Shown in pieces: positions 37,900-51,379 of a stretch of DNA of 64,000 nt. The stretch comes from Mobula hypostoma (taxonomy: Eukaryota): assembly GCF_963921235.1 (NCBI RefSeq), contig NC_086097.1, forward strand, positions 232,812,001 through 232,876,000, read 5' to 3'. The notes under the pieces are model-generated. The model did not search any database, had not been told where the DNA came from, and saw only the letters and a program-made list of their open reading frames with translations. Both the position numbers and the translations under genes were made by a program. The first letter of the stretch is position 1; the number at the start of each line of letters is the position of its first letter.

Positions 37900-38928
37900 G
37901 TGGGAGGTGAACTGGGGTTTGCCATGCCGAGCATCTGCTGTGAATGCCCCTTTGCTTTCTTCCACACGGCGCAGCCTGCTGCCCAGTTCTTCCCTCTTGC
38001 TTCCTCCAATGGCATCTGCCCAAAATGCTGCTCCAGTGCCGCTACAAGGGCACTTTAGTCAGGCTGCTCAGCCGACTTTAGGTCGAGGAGAGCCCACAGG
38101 GCGTCCCCCTGCAGCGCCAGGGCAAGATGCACTACTGTCTCAGGGGCTCCACCCATTATGCCATATGGCAAGTTTGACTTGCGCCAGGTAATGCCCTAGG
38201 TGGGGAGCTTCAGGATGGACCTTGTGGCATTAATTACTGGGGCTCATTTGTCCTCCGCTTTCTCCAGCAGCGTAGATGGTGCTTGCTGCATTGCCTGTCC
38301 TCCCATGGCTGCGGTGTCTTGGGTTCCCCGGCGCGGGCCATGAGGGAGGCGAGTGATGTGTTCCGCCATGTACCCCGTGTTGGGGAACCTGGGTATGCTC
38401 ACCTGTCGGGGTTCCCTGGGAAGGCACGATGCTCAGTTCCCAGGTTCTCCTTCTGGGTCGGCATCCCATCTTCCGAAGCCCAGACCGGGGTTGCTGGGGA
38501 GGCTACCGCTCACTCCCTCGACTTATTTCCCAGGTGTTAAGGCACTTCATCTGATGTCATAGCTCCTCAATATTGCTGTCAATTTCTAATCTCACTCCTG
38601 ACACCAAAGTGGTGAGAATTTACTCCACGATGATAGATGAGGAAAGCTTATTTTTCTGAAAAGCAGAACAAAAGACAGAGCACCATGGCTTGGTGAGAAC
38701 TTTCTCAGTCACATACAAATGGGGGAGGTGATTACTACCGGTTACATTCAGAGTGAAACACAAACACACAAGTGAGCAACTGTATAACCCGGGCTAAAAT
38801 AAATGAATATCACAGCATAATTCTACTGAACACGAACACCACAAATGCATTTTAAACAAGAACAATAAGTAGCGTTGACCACTAGGAATGCTGGTGTGGG
38901 CTGTTGACCACACCCCTGGAGTGCCACA
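37900..38928 (-). mobile_element. Gypsy LTR retrotransposon relic: 5' LTR (about 38608-38928), PBS, decayed gag
   Basis: LTR begins TGTGGCAC; gag-like HYLAQVKLAIWHNGWS, ETVVHLALALQGDAL and ALVAALEQHFGQ. Confidence 0.8.
38588..38606 (-). promoter_or_regulatory. Primer-binding site complementary to the tRNA-Leu 3' end
   Basis: TGGTGTCAGGAGTGAGATT next to the LTR end; one mismatch to the tRNA-Leu(CAG) end AATCCCACTCCTGACACCA. Confidence 0.8.
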
Positions 38929-38934
38929 AAATTA

Positions 38935-39270
38935 TTGGCTAGTTCACCTTCGTATTCCAACATTTCCTTCTTTAAGACTTTTTTAGTTGCCTTCTGTTGG
39001 TTTTTAAAAGCTTCTCAATCCTCTAGCTTCCCACTAATTTTTGCTGTATTATATGCCCTCTCTGGCTTTTACATTGACTTGACTTCTCTTGTTAGCCACG
39101 GTTGTGTCATCTTGCCTTTAGAATATTTCTCCTTCTTTGGGATGTATATATCCAGTGCCTTCCAAATTGGTTCCAGAAGTTCCAACTATTGGTTCTGTGT
39201 CGTCATCCCTGCCAGTGTTCTTTTCCAATCAATTTTGGCCAACTCCTCTCTCATGCCTCTGTAATTGTTG
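38935..39270 (-). mobile_element. CR1 ORF2 fragment
   Basis: Homologous to the reverse complement of 20400-20750. Confidence 0.8.
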
Positions 39271-40472
39271 TCCCCTACCTACATGAAAGATATAGATAAG
39301 ATTGAAAGCGTTACAATTACAATAAGATAAAATTTACCATAAGACAAAGGAGCAGAAGTCGGCCATTTGGCCCATCGAGTCTGCTCCACCATTTTATCAT
39401 AAGCTGATCCATTCTCCAAGGATTTTCTCCAAGGAAATTCTCCAAATTTACAAAGATATTGCCAGGAATTGAGGACCTGAGTTATAGGGAAAGGTTGAAT
39501 AAATCGTTGAATAGGGTCCGTTTCTGTGCTGTGCTGTACTTTTCTTGGACTTTATGGTAAGCTTTTGTGGTAAAGCCATAATAAGGGGAAGAAAGGTCCC
39601 AGGGTGTGGATTAGGTCATAGAGTCATACAGCACTACAGCACAGAAAGGCTATTTAGCCCTTCTAGTCTGTGCAGGTATCAAATTAGGGAGGAAGGAAGG
39701 GTGAGTCAGAGAATGTGATGCCACGTAATGGAATTAATACACAGAAAAGGTAGATTCAGAGTAAAAGGAATCAGAAGGAATTTGCAGCAATACGCTTTGT
39801 TGAACAATGAGAAGCCAGTCTGGTCCGATAATGCAAAGAAATAATGGACTTATGCCAGTCCAGAACTGGAGCAATGAAGCTTTGGTTAATTTGGGTTTGT
39901 GGAGGCTTCACAACATTGGCCGATTGGAATAATTGAATGCAGAGGAAGTAAAAGATTAATGAGGGTTTTACAAGCAACATAATTCATTTCAGCTGTACTG
40001 CCTGTTACACCATTTATATTGTATGTTTGTACAAGTTTAAATAACATCAATTGCCATTTATCTCATTCTGTTTGTAGAAGATTGCAAACTTGGAATGGCT
40101 GATGCACTTGCTGTTTAACCAATATGTCACTTAAAAAACATTCTGTCTGCAGCAATTTAAGGTATTTTGATTCAGGGAATATAGCAAAGCTGCAAATTTT
40201 AGTACTTCTCAGGTTAAGATTCCACATCACTGTGAATATCATTTTCAAACTGCCTCCAGCTATGAAATGCAAAATAGTTTTGAGCATATTTCATGTTACC
40301 TCTCAAATATATTCCAGAAAATTAACATCAGCTCTTCAGCGTGACCGTCCAAGTGATGAAAAGGTTAAAATATTCAGAAAGCATAAAAAGAGAACAAAAG
40401 CACAGTGTGATTCATCCAGTATAATAATTTACAAAACAGTCATGAAAATAGGAATTGTATCACATTGATTAA

Positions 40473-40853
40473 GGGGTGGTAGGGTGGAGATATGTCTCTA
40501 CCAAAGGAGTTATAATGCACTCCTTCCCTCTGCTAGCCTGCAGGTCACCCTGGGGCAAGGGGTAGCACTTGCTTAGCCTCCCTGATCAGGGTCATGTGAA
40601 GCCATGAGAGCAGGTGGTGGATGGTCGTATGAGCAGCTGGTGCCTATCGCAAGTCCTGGTTATGTGACCACTGACACCAGGTAGACAATCGCTGAAGAGT
40701 ATTGATAATGGCTGGGGTCACCCATCTTGTAAAGACACAGTCTTGAAGAAGGGAATGGGAAACCACTTCTGTAGAAAAATTGTTCAAGAACAGTCATGGT
40801 CAAAGACGATGATCGCCTACGCCATAAGACACGGCGCATAATGATGATGATGA
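40473..40853 (+). mobile_element. RTE-tailed short retroelement, copy A (copy B at about 53452-53830)
   Basis: TSD cattgattaa (40463-40472 and 40856-40865), (ATG)n tail, Bov-A-like gaagaagggaatgggaaaccact motif. Confidence 0.8.
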
Positions 40854-42839
40854 CTCATTGATTAAAGCTTCCTCTTCCATTTGTCTTGGAGGACTGCCAG
40901 TTTCTGTATGTAAACAAAAAATACAAAAAATTGTGTTTTTAAGACCTTTGTCTAGATTCTATAAATTGTTCATTAGTTCTTAATTTTCCCCCCACAGAAA
41001 TAATAATTGATGGATTAGTTTAGTGTTTTAAATTTGATGTAATTTCTAAAATGGACGATGATGCTCACACATCGAGGAGTCCACAATCAAAAAGGATAAA
41101 TTAGAATTATTTAATGAGGAGGACCATCAGTATCAATCCATTCTTTACTCTCATTTTGAAATATCAAAAGCAAATTTGTAACAATGCTGATAATGGCTTT
41201 TGAGTCAATATCCTGAAATCTTCGAACAGTTATAATTGGCTGAGAATTTAGCTACATTTGCATAATGGGATAAAGGCTTGTGTTAAGGAATAGCAAACAT
41301 AATTAGGGTATCTTGTAGTAGCCATTTAATACATTTGAAAGTCAGCCTTCAAACTGTTTCCAGATTTAACCTATAAACAGCACAGTAATTAGTTTTGAAA
41401 TTACACAGCTGGGCAAAGAGACCAGACCACGGCTGACAGCAGGAGGCCAATTTGAAGTATGCTGAAAATGCTGGAAATACTGGGCTGCATTTCTGAGAAA
41501 AGAAACAGAGTCAGAGACCCTTTGTTAGAGCTGAGAAAGAGACAAAAGCAGTTTGTAAAGCTGCAGGAATGATGAGGAAGGGAATGGCTCTGATAAGTTG
41601 TTAACTTTCACTATTAGTTTAAACTTAACGCGTTCGTGGTCATTGATACTTGGGATGTTTGTGTATTCAGAGAGCCAGTCTTCACAATAACACTGACAAA
41701 GAAACATGTCTTGTGCAGCTATGGGATATGTCTTAAAAAAAATTTACCTTTTCCATCTGAACTACCTTGTCCTCACAAAATTATTTCATTATTCAACAGG
41801 CCTTGTTAGTGAAGATTGGAAATATAAAATTCTACTGTAAATACATTAGTGAACTATGTAATTATAACTTTTGAATTTGTATTTAATTACCTGCTTTTTC
41901 TTTGTGCTTGAAGTATATCGTCGTCTTAAGCCCTCTCACACCTACAGGGGTATAGGCCACTGACAGCAGCTCACCGGAATCCTCTGTCCTGGGAAGATTA
42001 TTAAAGTAGTCCACATTGTCTCAAGTTGCCTTGTTAATTTTTCATCCAATACATTCAGAGTTGTATTAGAATTTAAGTTTTGATAGACAGTTTTATTATG
42101 CACATCATCTCATTTTGTTGTTACTACCAGTCAAAATATTGTATCCATTTTCATATCCAAGTCATTTGAGTGTCCAGTGCCCCTATTTTTAGCCTCCCAT
42201 CATAACATTAAGTAGTTGATGTAATCATAAGGTATTGGGCATCTTGTTAGCTGTTGTTTAAAATATTTTGACATCTAATAATAGACGATGTTGCTCATGT
42301 GTCGTCCAGAACCTGATGTTTACCTTCACTCTGCTGTAACCTAAACCTTCTTTTCTTGGATAATACAGAGAATTTGCTAAAGCAATATATCACAAGACTC
42401 ATAAACATCCCCTTCCAGTCTCAGGCCAACCATCTGTCTTCCTCAGTAACAAAAAGAAACTTCGTGACAAAAGATGTTAGCTCCAAATGTTCAATTTACA
42501 ACGGAGGGAGAAATGAAGATACTTTTATATTTGTTACTTGTACTTGCCTGCACATCACTGTAAGTTTCTATATTTTATTGGCAGTCAAGTGACTTATGTA
42601 AAGATGTAAACTCCAAGTATTCAGGCAAAAAGTAAACCATGGGTGGGATCCAGGGAATTTTAATATGGATGAGTATGTGGACTTATTGTGAGTGGATATT
42701 TAAAATGGGATTAGTTCTGAAAATGTAAGCTAGTTAGATCTAACCCACCATCTTCAGGGTTTAACATGCCAGGGTGACGGCCAACTGGCTACAAGAAGGT
42801 TTATTAGCATTTGAAATACCTAAATAAAGCTAATAGGCT

Positions 42840-43790
42840 TTGATCCTGGCAATGAAAGGGTTAACATATGAGGTCCGTTTGTTTGGCTCTGGGCCTGTAC
42901 TCATTGGAGTTTAGAAGAGGGGGAGGGGAGGCAAATCTCATTGAATTTACTAGAATATTACCTGGGTTTCATCACCTAAATTACAGAGAAAGGTTGAACA
43001 AGTTGGGTCTTTATTCTTTAGAACGTAGAAGGTTGAGGGGAGACTTGATAGAGGTATTTAAAGTTATGAGGGGGATAGACAGAGTTGACGTGGGTAGGCT
43101 TTTTCCATTGAGAGTTGGGGAGATTCAAACAAGAGGACATGAGCTGAGAGTTAAAGGCCAAAAGTTTAGGGGCAACATGAGGGGGAACTTCTTTACTCAG
43201 AGAGTGGCAGCCGTGTGGAACGAGATTCTAGCAGAAGTGGTTGAGGCAGGTTCGATGTTGTCGTTTAAAGTTAAATTGGACAGCTATATGGACAGGAAAG
43301 GAATGGAGGGTTATGGGCTGAGTGCAGGTCGGTGGGACTAGGTGAGAGTAAGAGTTCGGCACGGACTAGAAGGGCCGAGATGGCCTGTTTCCATGCTGTA
43401 ATTGTTATATGGTTATATGGTAACTCATGGAACATTGAAATGCCGAGATGAGTGGCTATGGAGAGGATGTTTCCTATAGTGGGGGCATCGAGAACCGGAG
43501 GGCACAGCCCCAGAGTACAAAGATGTCCCATTAGAACGGACATAAGGAGGAATTTCTTTAGCCAGAGGGTGGTGAATCTCTGGAATTCATTGCCATGAAC
43601 GGCTGTGGAGGGCAAGTCATTGAGCATATTTAAAGTGGAGGTTGATAGGTTATAGGTTAGTCTGGGTGACAAAGGTTACAGGGTGAAGGCAGGAGAAGGG
43701 GGTTGGTTAAATGAGCCAAGATGGAATGGCAGACCAAACTTGGATGAGTTATGGGAGCAGAATGGCCTAATTGTACTCCTATATTTTATG
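42840..43790 (+). mobile_element. Nested CR1 3' fragments
   Basis: LGLYSLERRRLRGDLIEVFK..FFTQRVAAVWN (about 42945-43420) inside an older CR1 3' end. Confidence 0.88.
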
Positions 43791-43799
43791 ATACTCTGA

Positions 43800-44000
43800 T
43801 CTACAGACTGCTGCCAGGGACATTTATGGAGAAATATCTCAAGTGCTGCTGGAAGATCATCAGCTCAGTGAAAATGTTCTTCGGTGTGCCTGAAACTTGT
43901 TGGTCTTCCAGTGCAATGAGATGCAGGTAAGGGAATGCAGCTGCTAGGCATATTCCAGGCTGTAGAAGTATATACTGAAGGACAGAGTGAAGACCAGAGC
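43800..44000 (+). mobile_element. Tx1/L1-clade ORF2 C-terminal relic
   Basis: LLPGTFMEKYLKCCWKIISSVK, then after a frameshift NLLVFQCNEMQVREC..YSRL*KYILKD. Confidence 0.6.
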
Positions 44001-46144
44001 AGCCTTTGTCGAGAAGGACAGCAATCTGTAGTTCTGCTACTGGATGTTGATGGGCCACATGTACAAATCTCACCAACGATTAAAGTGTGTGTCATCCAAC
44101 GAGGCCACATTGGTGGCAATGATGCCTTAACATGGTGGCTTATATGTACTTTGATAATAATATTTATTTTGAACTTTGAACTTTTTATTGACATGCTAAA
44201 ATATTAACATGAAAAAAGTACAGGTGTATACACCCAATAACACTAAGAGTGATTCACATGAATGATATTATAATGTAGAGAAACCTATAAAGTTTTAGTA
44301 CTTATTGTTTTTTATGAATAAAGAATACTTTTGAAACAAAATTAACAAAAACACTGAAGATGGATTTTATCCTTGATCTTGTGGATTGAATCTTCTGGCC
44401 TTCTGGTCAGAATGCTCCTCAAAAGACTCTAACCCACACCTGCCAATCCATTTGACCTGCTGACAGAAAATCTCTCCTGGCTAAATATACTGCTCTGTTT
44501 CAGTAAAACATAACATGTAAAGAAATACAAATTCTGAGTTAAAACTGCACTTTTGCAGACATATCTTCATTGTGTTAATATAACCAGGCATATAATTCCT
44601 GTCATATCTCTCTCTTTTATACACAGTAACAGAATTAATCGGCACTCAAGTCTCAGGAGATATTTCAAACTCAAGTCCTAGCCACTAGAAAGAAGGACGG
44701 TACTCGTACGAACATAAATCCTTCCTTTTAAATTAGGTCATCAGCGTTTGTGTGGCTTTCTTTCTGTTGTGGGGTTAAAGCGTAGCATCACCCTCAAAAC
44801 AACACGAACATTTATTTTGACACTAGGCTATAGAAATAGTTGGTTGTCTAAAATATTGTCATGTGGCTGAATTCAGTTTAACGGTTTAACTTGCTTTATG
44901 ATCTGCTGCAATGAGAGAGATTCTCTATCTTTTTTCCCCCTGCTCATATCACCCGATACTGAAACATTTGCAAGTAAAGGCACTTGGAACACTTTCGTGG
45001 GAATATATACAGGACTCACACCACCAGGTTCAGGATCAGTTACTACCCCTCAACCATCAGGCTCTTGAACCGAAGGGGATAACTTCACTTGCTCCATTAA
45101 TGTTCCCACAACCTGTGGACTCGCTTTCAAGGGCTTTTCATTCCATGTTCTCAATATTTATTGCTTATTTATTTATTCGGATTATTTATTTTCTTTTGTA
45201 TTTGCACAGTTTGTTGTCTTTTGCACATTGGTTGAACGCCCAAGTTGATGTGGTCTATCATTGATTCTCTTATGGCTATTATTTTGCAATGGATTTATTA
45301 AGTATGCCCGCAAGAAAATGAATCTCAGGGTTGTATATAGTAGCATTAATATACTTTGATAATAAATTTACTTTGAACTTTTTAACATTGCATTCTTTCC
45401 AAAATTTAAGGAGATCAAATGCCAAAATAGTAGTACACATTTTATCATTAAAAGCTCTGGTCATTGGCTTCCACAGGAAGAGAAAGGTAGAACTTGCATT
45501 ATGTATACTTTTGGTACACTCCAAGTTCCAAATCTTAAATCGGTCTAAATTATTCAGTTGTTAAGCTATGAACAAACCACTGCTGACTTCAACTTCATGA
45601 ACCAAAGGAATCTCTGTTGACATTAGCCCACACACCCACAGTTCCCCTCAGATCAAAAAAAAATTTAATTTCTGTTCACCTTTTATTTTTAACATTACCC
45701 TGTGAATTCAAAGTCAGCCCTACCTTCAGGTATAGTATACATCCAATTCTTAATGCTGGTCCATGAATGTTCCTCTCCTCTCACACCATTTTGCTGTTGA
45801 GAGCTATATAGCGTTTCTGAAGTATGTTGGGCCGGGTTGTAATCAGAGATCAATATCTCACGATGCTGTGGTGAACACTTCCGAGCATCAACATGATGTA
45901 CTGCGATATTACAAGATTGATATCAGTTAATAGGGAATTGATTAAACAAATGCCTTTCTTCAAAAGAATCATTTTCATGTGTACCGAATGAATTTAAATC
46001 TATTCTGATGAACTTGCGTAAAAAGCATAAGATGATAGATGGACTAATTTTATTTCTAATTAAAGCTACTGACAGGCATGTCTTCCATATTATTTTCTCT
46101 CTTCACTGTGTTCATATTTCTCTGCAAGTCTAAACTTCACCATT

Positions 46145-47062
46145 ATCAGAATTGGGTTTAATATCATTGGCATATGTGGTGGAATTTGTTGGCTTTGCAG
46201 AAGCAGTACAGTGCAATAAATAATAATAGAGAAAAAAACCTATGAATTTCAGAAGTAGATATAATAAATAGCTAAATTAAATCAGTAGTGAAGTAGTGTT
46301 CATGGGTTCAATTTCCATTCAGAAATCAGTAGGCAGAGAGGTAGAAAGCTGTTTCTGAATCGTTGAGTGTGTACCCTCATGCTTCTGTACCTCCTTCCTG
46401 ATGGTATCAATGAGAACAAGCCATGACCTGAGTGATGGAGGTCCTTAATAATGGATGCTGCTTTTTTGAGGCATCACTCCTTGATGATGTCCTGGATACT
46501 ACAAAGGATAGTGCTCATGATGGAGCTGACTATTTCCAACACTCTGCAGCTTACTTTGATCCTGTGTAGTAGCCCCCTCCCCATACCAGATGGTGATGCA
46601 ATGAGCTAGAATACTCTCCACAGTACATCTGTAGAAATTTTTGAGTGTTTTTGTTGACATACAAATCTTCTCGAACTCTTATTGAAATATAGCTATTGTT
46701 GTACCTTCTTGGTAGCTGCATCAATACATTGGGTCCAGGTTAAATCCTCAGAGATATTGACACCCAGGAATTTAAATTTGCTCACTCTTTCCACTTCTGA
46801 TCCCTCTATGAGGACTAGTGTGTGTTCCCTCACCTGACCCTTTCTGAAGTCTTCAATCAACTCTTTGGTCTTACTGATGTTGGGTGCAAGGTTGTTCCCG
46901 CGACACCACTCGATTAGCTGATATATCTCGCTCCTGTATGCCCTCTTGACATCCGCTAAAATTCTGCCAACAATGGTTGTATTGTCAGCAAATTTATTGA
47001 TGACGTTTAAGCCACACTATCATAGGTGTAGAGAGAGTGGAGCAGCGGGCTAAGCACGCATC
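46145..47062 (-). mobile_element. Rex1/Babar 3' fragment
   Basis: Reverse complement of the family at 28020-28930; includes the KFADNT motif. Confidence 0.85.
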
Positions 47063-47493
47063 CTTAATCATTATTGAATTCTCCATAGCTTTCAAATATT
47101 GTGGAAGACTTATACATTTCATACAAAATAGCATTTTGGTGTGGCTTCTACTCAACTGCCTTAATCACAACTCAATATGCTTTAAAATAGCTATGCGTCA
47201 GGATATAATTGTACCTTCAGGGAAGTACCAAAAAGGGAGAAGGCACCTACAACAGGATAGGACAGGAGCTAAGGTGCAATGATTGGGAGTGGCTGCTGTT
47301 GGACAAGTCCATGTCTGGGAGTTGTTTGGAGACCAGCCAGTCACTGTTCAGGATTTGTATGTTCTGGAAAGAGTAAGGACAAAGATAATAAAGCAAGGAA
47401 ACCTTGGATGACCCAAGACACCTTAAACTGGGTTGGGAAGATAAAGGGAGGATACATAAGATTTAGGAAGCTAAAATCAGATTGGGCCCTTGT

Positions 47494-47872
47494 TGTTGAG
47501 GCCCTCAGCTGGTCAGGTTGGCCAAGGATATTGCGTCCTTTCAGTCGACATGATACACAAGCCAGAGCAGTATGATATGGAGAGCAAGCTATGGTTCATG
47601 TGGCAGGCTCCCCTTCTACAGCTGAGGAATCCAAACGAACAGTAGGGACCAATACATTTTGGCACCAGCTGCATTGCAGGAATTGCCAGTCAGCGTTGAA
47701 CTCTATGTAGGATTGCCTTAGGGACTTGAGCTCTGGATTTTTCCTTGGGGTTTACTCCTGAGGCCCTCTCCATGAGTGGGTATAGCCACAAGGCAGTGAC
47801 AGTTTTGAAATCAGAGTTTTTCTTCTTGAAGGTGAGCTGCCAACCACTGCTGACGAGCTCCATTTGTCTGAA
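47494..47872 (-). mobile_element. Non-autonomous RTE-type repeat nested in an old CR1 (about 47330-48590)
   Basis: TSD gggcccttgt (47484-47493 and 47873-47882); (CAA)n-like tail. Confidence 0.75.
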
Positions 47873-48589
47873 GGGCCCTTGTAGAATATAATAATAGCAG
47901 AAAAGTGCTGGAGCAGGCAATTAGGAAGACCAAAAGGGGGCATAAAATGTCCCTGGAAAGTAAGATCAAGGAGAATCCAAGGCCTTATTTATATGATAAG
48001 ACAAAGAGGATTTGGAGAGGATGTTCCCTATGATGGGAGAGACTAATACAGCCTCAGAATAGAGGGGTGTCCTTTTAAAATAGAGGTGAGGGGGAATTTC
48101 TTTAACCAGAGACTGGTGAATCTATGGAATTCATTGCCCAGGTGGCTGAGGAGGCCAAGTCTTTATGTATACTTAAGGCAAAAGTTGCTAGATTCTTGAT
48201 TAGTCAGGGCATGAAAGGATACGGGGAGAAGGTAGGAGATTGGAGCAGGTAGAAAATGGATCAGCTATAATGAAGTTAGGCAGCAGACTCGAAGTGCCAA
48301 ATGGCTTAATCCTACTCTATATCTTACAGTGTTATGGCCTTATGAGTAAGGAGAGAGTAGGGCCCACTCAAAGGTAAAGGAGGGAATTTGTGCTTGGAGT
48401 CATACCTCAGTCAGTGGCTGAGGTATGAAATTAGTATTTAGATTTGTTATTTCTCAGTAAAAATGAGAACACAGTGAGACATGCTAGTATGCTCGGACAT
48501 TTTGAGATCAAATATGAGGTAGTGCTAGGTCTCCTGAAGAGCATTAAGGCAGGTGGGTCCCAATGGCCTGATTGCATATATCCCAGTAT

Positions 48590-50100
48590 ATAGCGGTTTG
48601 AACGGGGCACGACTATGCAAGCGCATGGAGGTCCGCCAGTGAGAACAGCGGGAAGAGTTTAAAAGAAGACAGATTTACAGAGTGGGCGACAGAGTAGAGG
48701 GAGACAGAGTAGGAAGGCTTTGGCTCAACAGGGCTTCGGCGATAAGGGGTCGAGGCGAGGTAGGTTATCTGTCTAGAATACAGATATGTGTGTGGGGCCG
48801 GTTTTCTGTGCTCGGTGTCAGATGTGGGAGGTCATGGAGACTCCCGGCCTCCTGGACAAACACATCGGCACCAGGTGCCTCCAGCTGCAGCTCCTTAGAT
48901 ACCGCGTTAGAGAACTGGAGCTGCAGCTCGATGACCTTTGTCTAGTCAGGGAGAGTGAGGAGGTGATAGAGAGGAGCTATAGGCAGGTAGTCACCCCGAG
49001 ACCCCAGGAGACTGAGAAGTGGGTAACAGTAAGGAGAGGGAAGGGCAAGAGGCAGATGCTAGAGAGTACCCCAGTGGCTGTCCCCCTTAACAATAAGTAC
49101 TCCTGCTTGAGTACTGTTAGGGGAGACGGCCTACCAGGGGGAAACAACAGTGTTCGCGCCACGGCACACAGTCTGACCCTGTGGCTCAGAAGGGTAGGGA
49201 AAGGAAAAGGATGGCAGCAGTGATAGTGGACTCGATAGTTAGGGGGTTAGATAGGAGATACTGTGGATGCAGGAAAGAAATGCGGATTGTAGGTTGCCTC
49301 CCAGGTGCCAGGGTCCATATTGTTTCTGATCATGTCCATGATATCTTGAAGTGGGAAGGAGAACGGCCAGAGGTCATGGTACATATTGGTACAAACGACA
49401 TAGATAGGAAAAGGGAAGAGGTCCTGAAAACAGACTACAGGGAGTTAGGAAAGAAGTTGAGAAGCAGGACCTCAAAGGTAGTAATCTCGGGATTACTGCC
49501 TGTGCCATGTGACAGTGAGTATAGGAATAGAATGAGATGGAGGATCAAAGTTTGACTGAGGGATTGGAGCAGGGGGCCGGGATTCAGATTTCTGGATCAT
49601 TGGGACCTCTTCTGGAGCAGATGTAACCTGTACAAAAAGGATGGGCTGCACTTGAATCCGGGGGGGGGGGGCGCAATATCCTGGCGGGGAGGTTTGCTAA
49701 GGCTTTTGGGGAGAGTTTAAACTAAAATGGCTGGGGAGTGGGAACATAGAAACATAAAAAATAGGTGTTTTTTATAGACCACCCAATAGTAACAGGGACA
49801 TAGAGGAGCAGACAGGGAAACAGATTCTGGAAAGGAGTAATAATAACAGGGTCGTTGTGGTGGGAGATTTTAATTTCCCAAATATTGATTGGCATCTCCC
49901 TAGAGTGAGGGGTTTAGATGGGGTGGAGTTTGTTAGGTGTGTTCAGGAAGGTTTCTTGACACAATATGTAGATAAGCCACAAGAGGAGAGGCTGTACTTG
50001 ATCTGGTATTGGGAAATGAACCTGGTCAGGTGTTGGGTCTCTCAGTGGGAGAGCATTTTGGAGATAGTGACCACAATTCTATCTCCTTTGCCATAGCATT
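48590..50100 (+). mobile_element. CR1 5' UTR and ORF1 (zinc finger plus esterase) followed by a deleted ORF2 piece
   Basis: FCARCQMWEV..RCLQLQLL, VIVDSIVRG, HIGTNDI, DGLHLN, then VGDFNFPNIDW. Confidence 0.88.
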
Positions 50101-50565
50101 AGAGAAAGAAACTGTGCTGAACATGTCCTTACCTTTGAACTACCTAGGCTTACCCATAGCCCTTTATTTTTCTAAGCTCCATGTGTCCATCCAGGAGTCT
50201 CTCAAAAGCTGGCAGCCCATTCCACGCACTCACCACTCTCTGCGTAAAAAACTTACCCCTGACATCTCCTTTGTACCTACTTCCAAGCACCTTAAAGCTG
50301 TGCCCTCTTGTACTAGCCATCTCAGCCCTGGGAAAAAGCCTCTGACTATCCACACGATCAATGCGTCTCATCATCTTGTACACCTCCATCAGGTCACCTC
50401 TCACCGTCCATCACTCCAAGGAGAAAAGGCCAAATTCACTCAACCCCAATCCAGGCAACATCTTTGTAAACAACAAGAATTCTGCAGATGCTGGAAATTC
50501 AAGCAACACACATAAAAGTTGCTGGTGAACGCAGCAGGCTAGGCAGCATCTCTAGGAAGAGGTGC

Positions 50566-50601
50566 AGTCGACGTTTCAGGCCGAGACCCTTCGTCAGGAC
50601 T
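50566..50601 (-). ncRNA. Minimal type I hammerhead ribozyme motif, intact core
   Basis: AGTC-CTGACGA-AGGGTCTCGGCCT-GAAA-CGTC-GACT; helix I AGTC/GACT, palindromic ACGT helix III, GUC triplet. Confidence 0.8.
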
Positions 50602-51343
50602 AACTGAAGGAAGAGTGAGTAAGGGATTTGAAAGTTGGAGGGGGAGGGGGAGATCCAAAATGATAGGAGAAGACAGGAGGGGGGAGGGATGGAGCCAAGA
50701 GCTGGACAGGTGATAGGCAAAAGGGATACGAGAGGATCATGGGACAGGAGGTCCGGGAAGAAAGACAAGGAGTGGGGGGGGGGACCCAGAGGACGGGCAA
50801 CAGGTATATTCAGAGGGACAGAGGGAGAAAAGGGAGAGTGAGAGAAAGAATGTGTGTATAAAAATAAGTAACAGATGGGATACGAGGGGGAGGTGGGGCA
50901 TTAGCGGAAGTTAGAGAAGTCGATGTTCATGCCATCAGGTTGGAGGCTACCCAGACGGAATATAAGGTGTTGTTCCTCCAACCTGAGTGTGGCTTCATCT
51001 TTACAGTAGAGGAGGCCGTGGATAGACATGTCAGAATGGGAATGGGATGTGGAATTAAAATGTGTACCTCGTACCCCATCTGTTACTTATTTTTATACAC
51101 ACATTCTTTCTCTCACTCTCCTTTTTCTCCCTCTGTCCCTCTGAATATACCTGTTGCCCATCCTCTGGGTCCCCCCCCACTCCTTGTCTTTCTTCCCGTT
51201 CCTCCGGTCCCGTGATCCTCTCATATCCCTTTTGCCTATCACCTGTCCAGCTCTTGGCTCCATCCCTCCTCCTCCTGTCTTCTCCTATCATTTTGGATCT
51301 CCCCCTTCAACTTTCAAATCCCTTACTCACTCTTCCTTCAGTT

Positions 51344-51379
51344 AGTCCTGACGAAGGGTCTCGGCCTGAAATGTTGACT
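51344..51379 (+). ncRNA. Minimal hammerhead motif, CpG-decayed helix III
   Basis: AGTC-CTGACGA-AGGGTCTCGGCCT-GAAA-TGTT-GACT. Confidence 0.65.

Noticed and set aside
43807..43926. Apparent plus-strand exon (ctacAG...CAG|GTAAGG)
   Set aside because: Better explained as a decayed Tx1 ORF2 C-terminus whose similarity continues past the donor.
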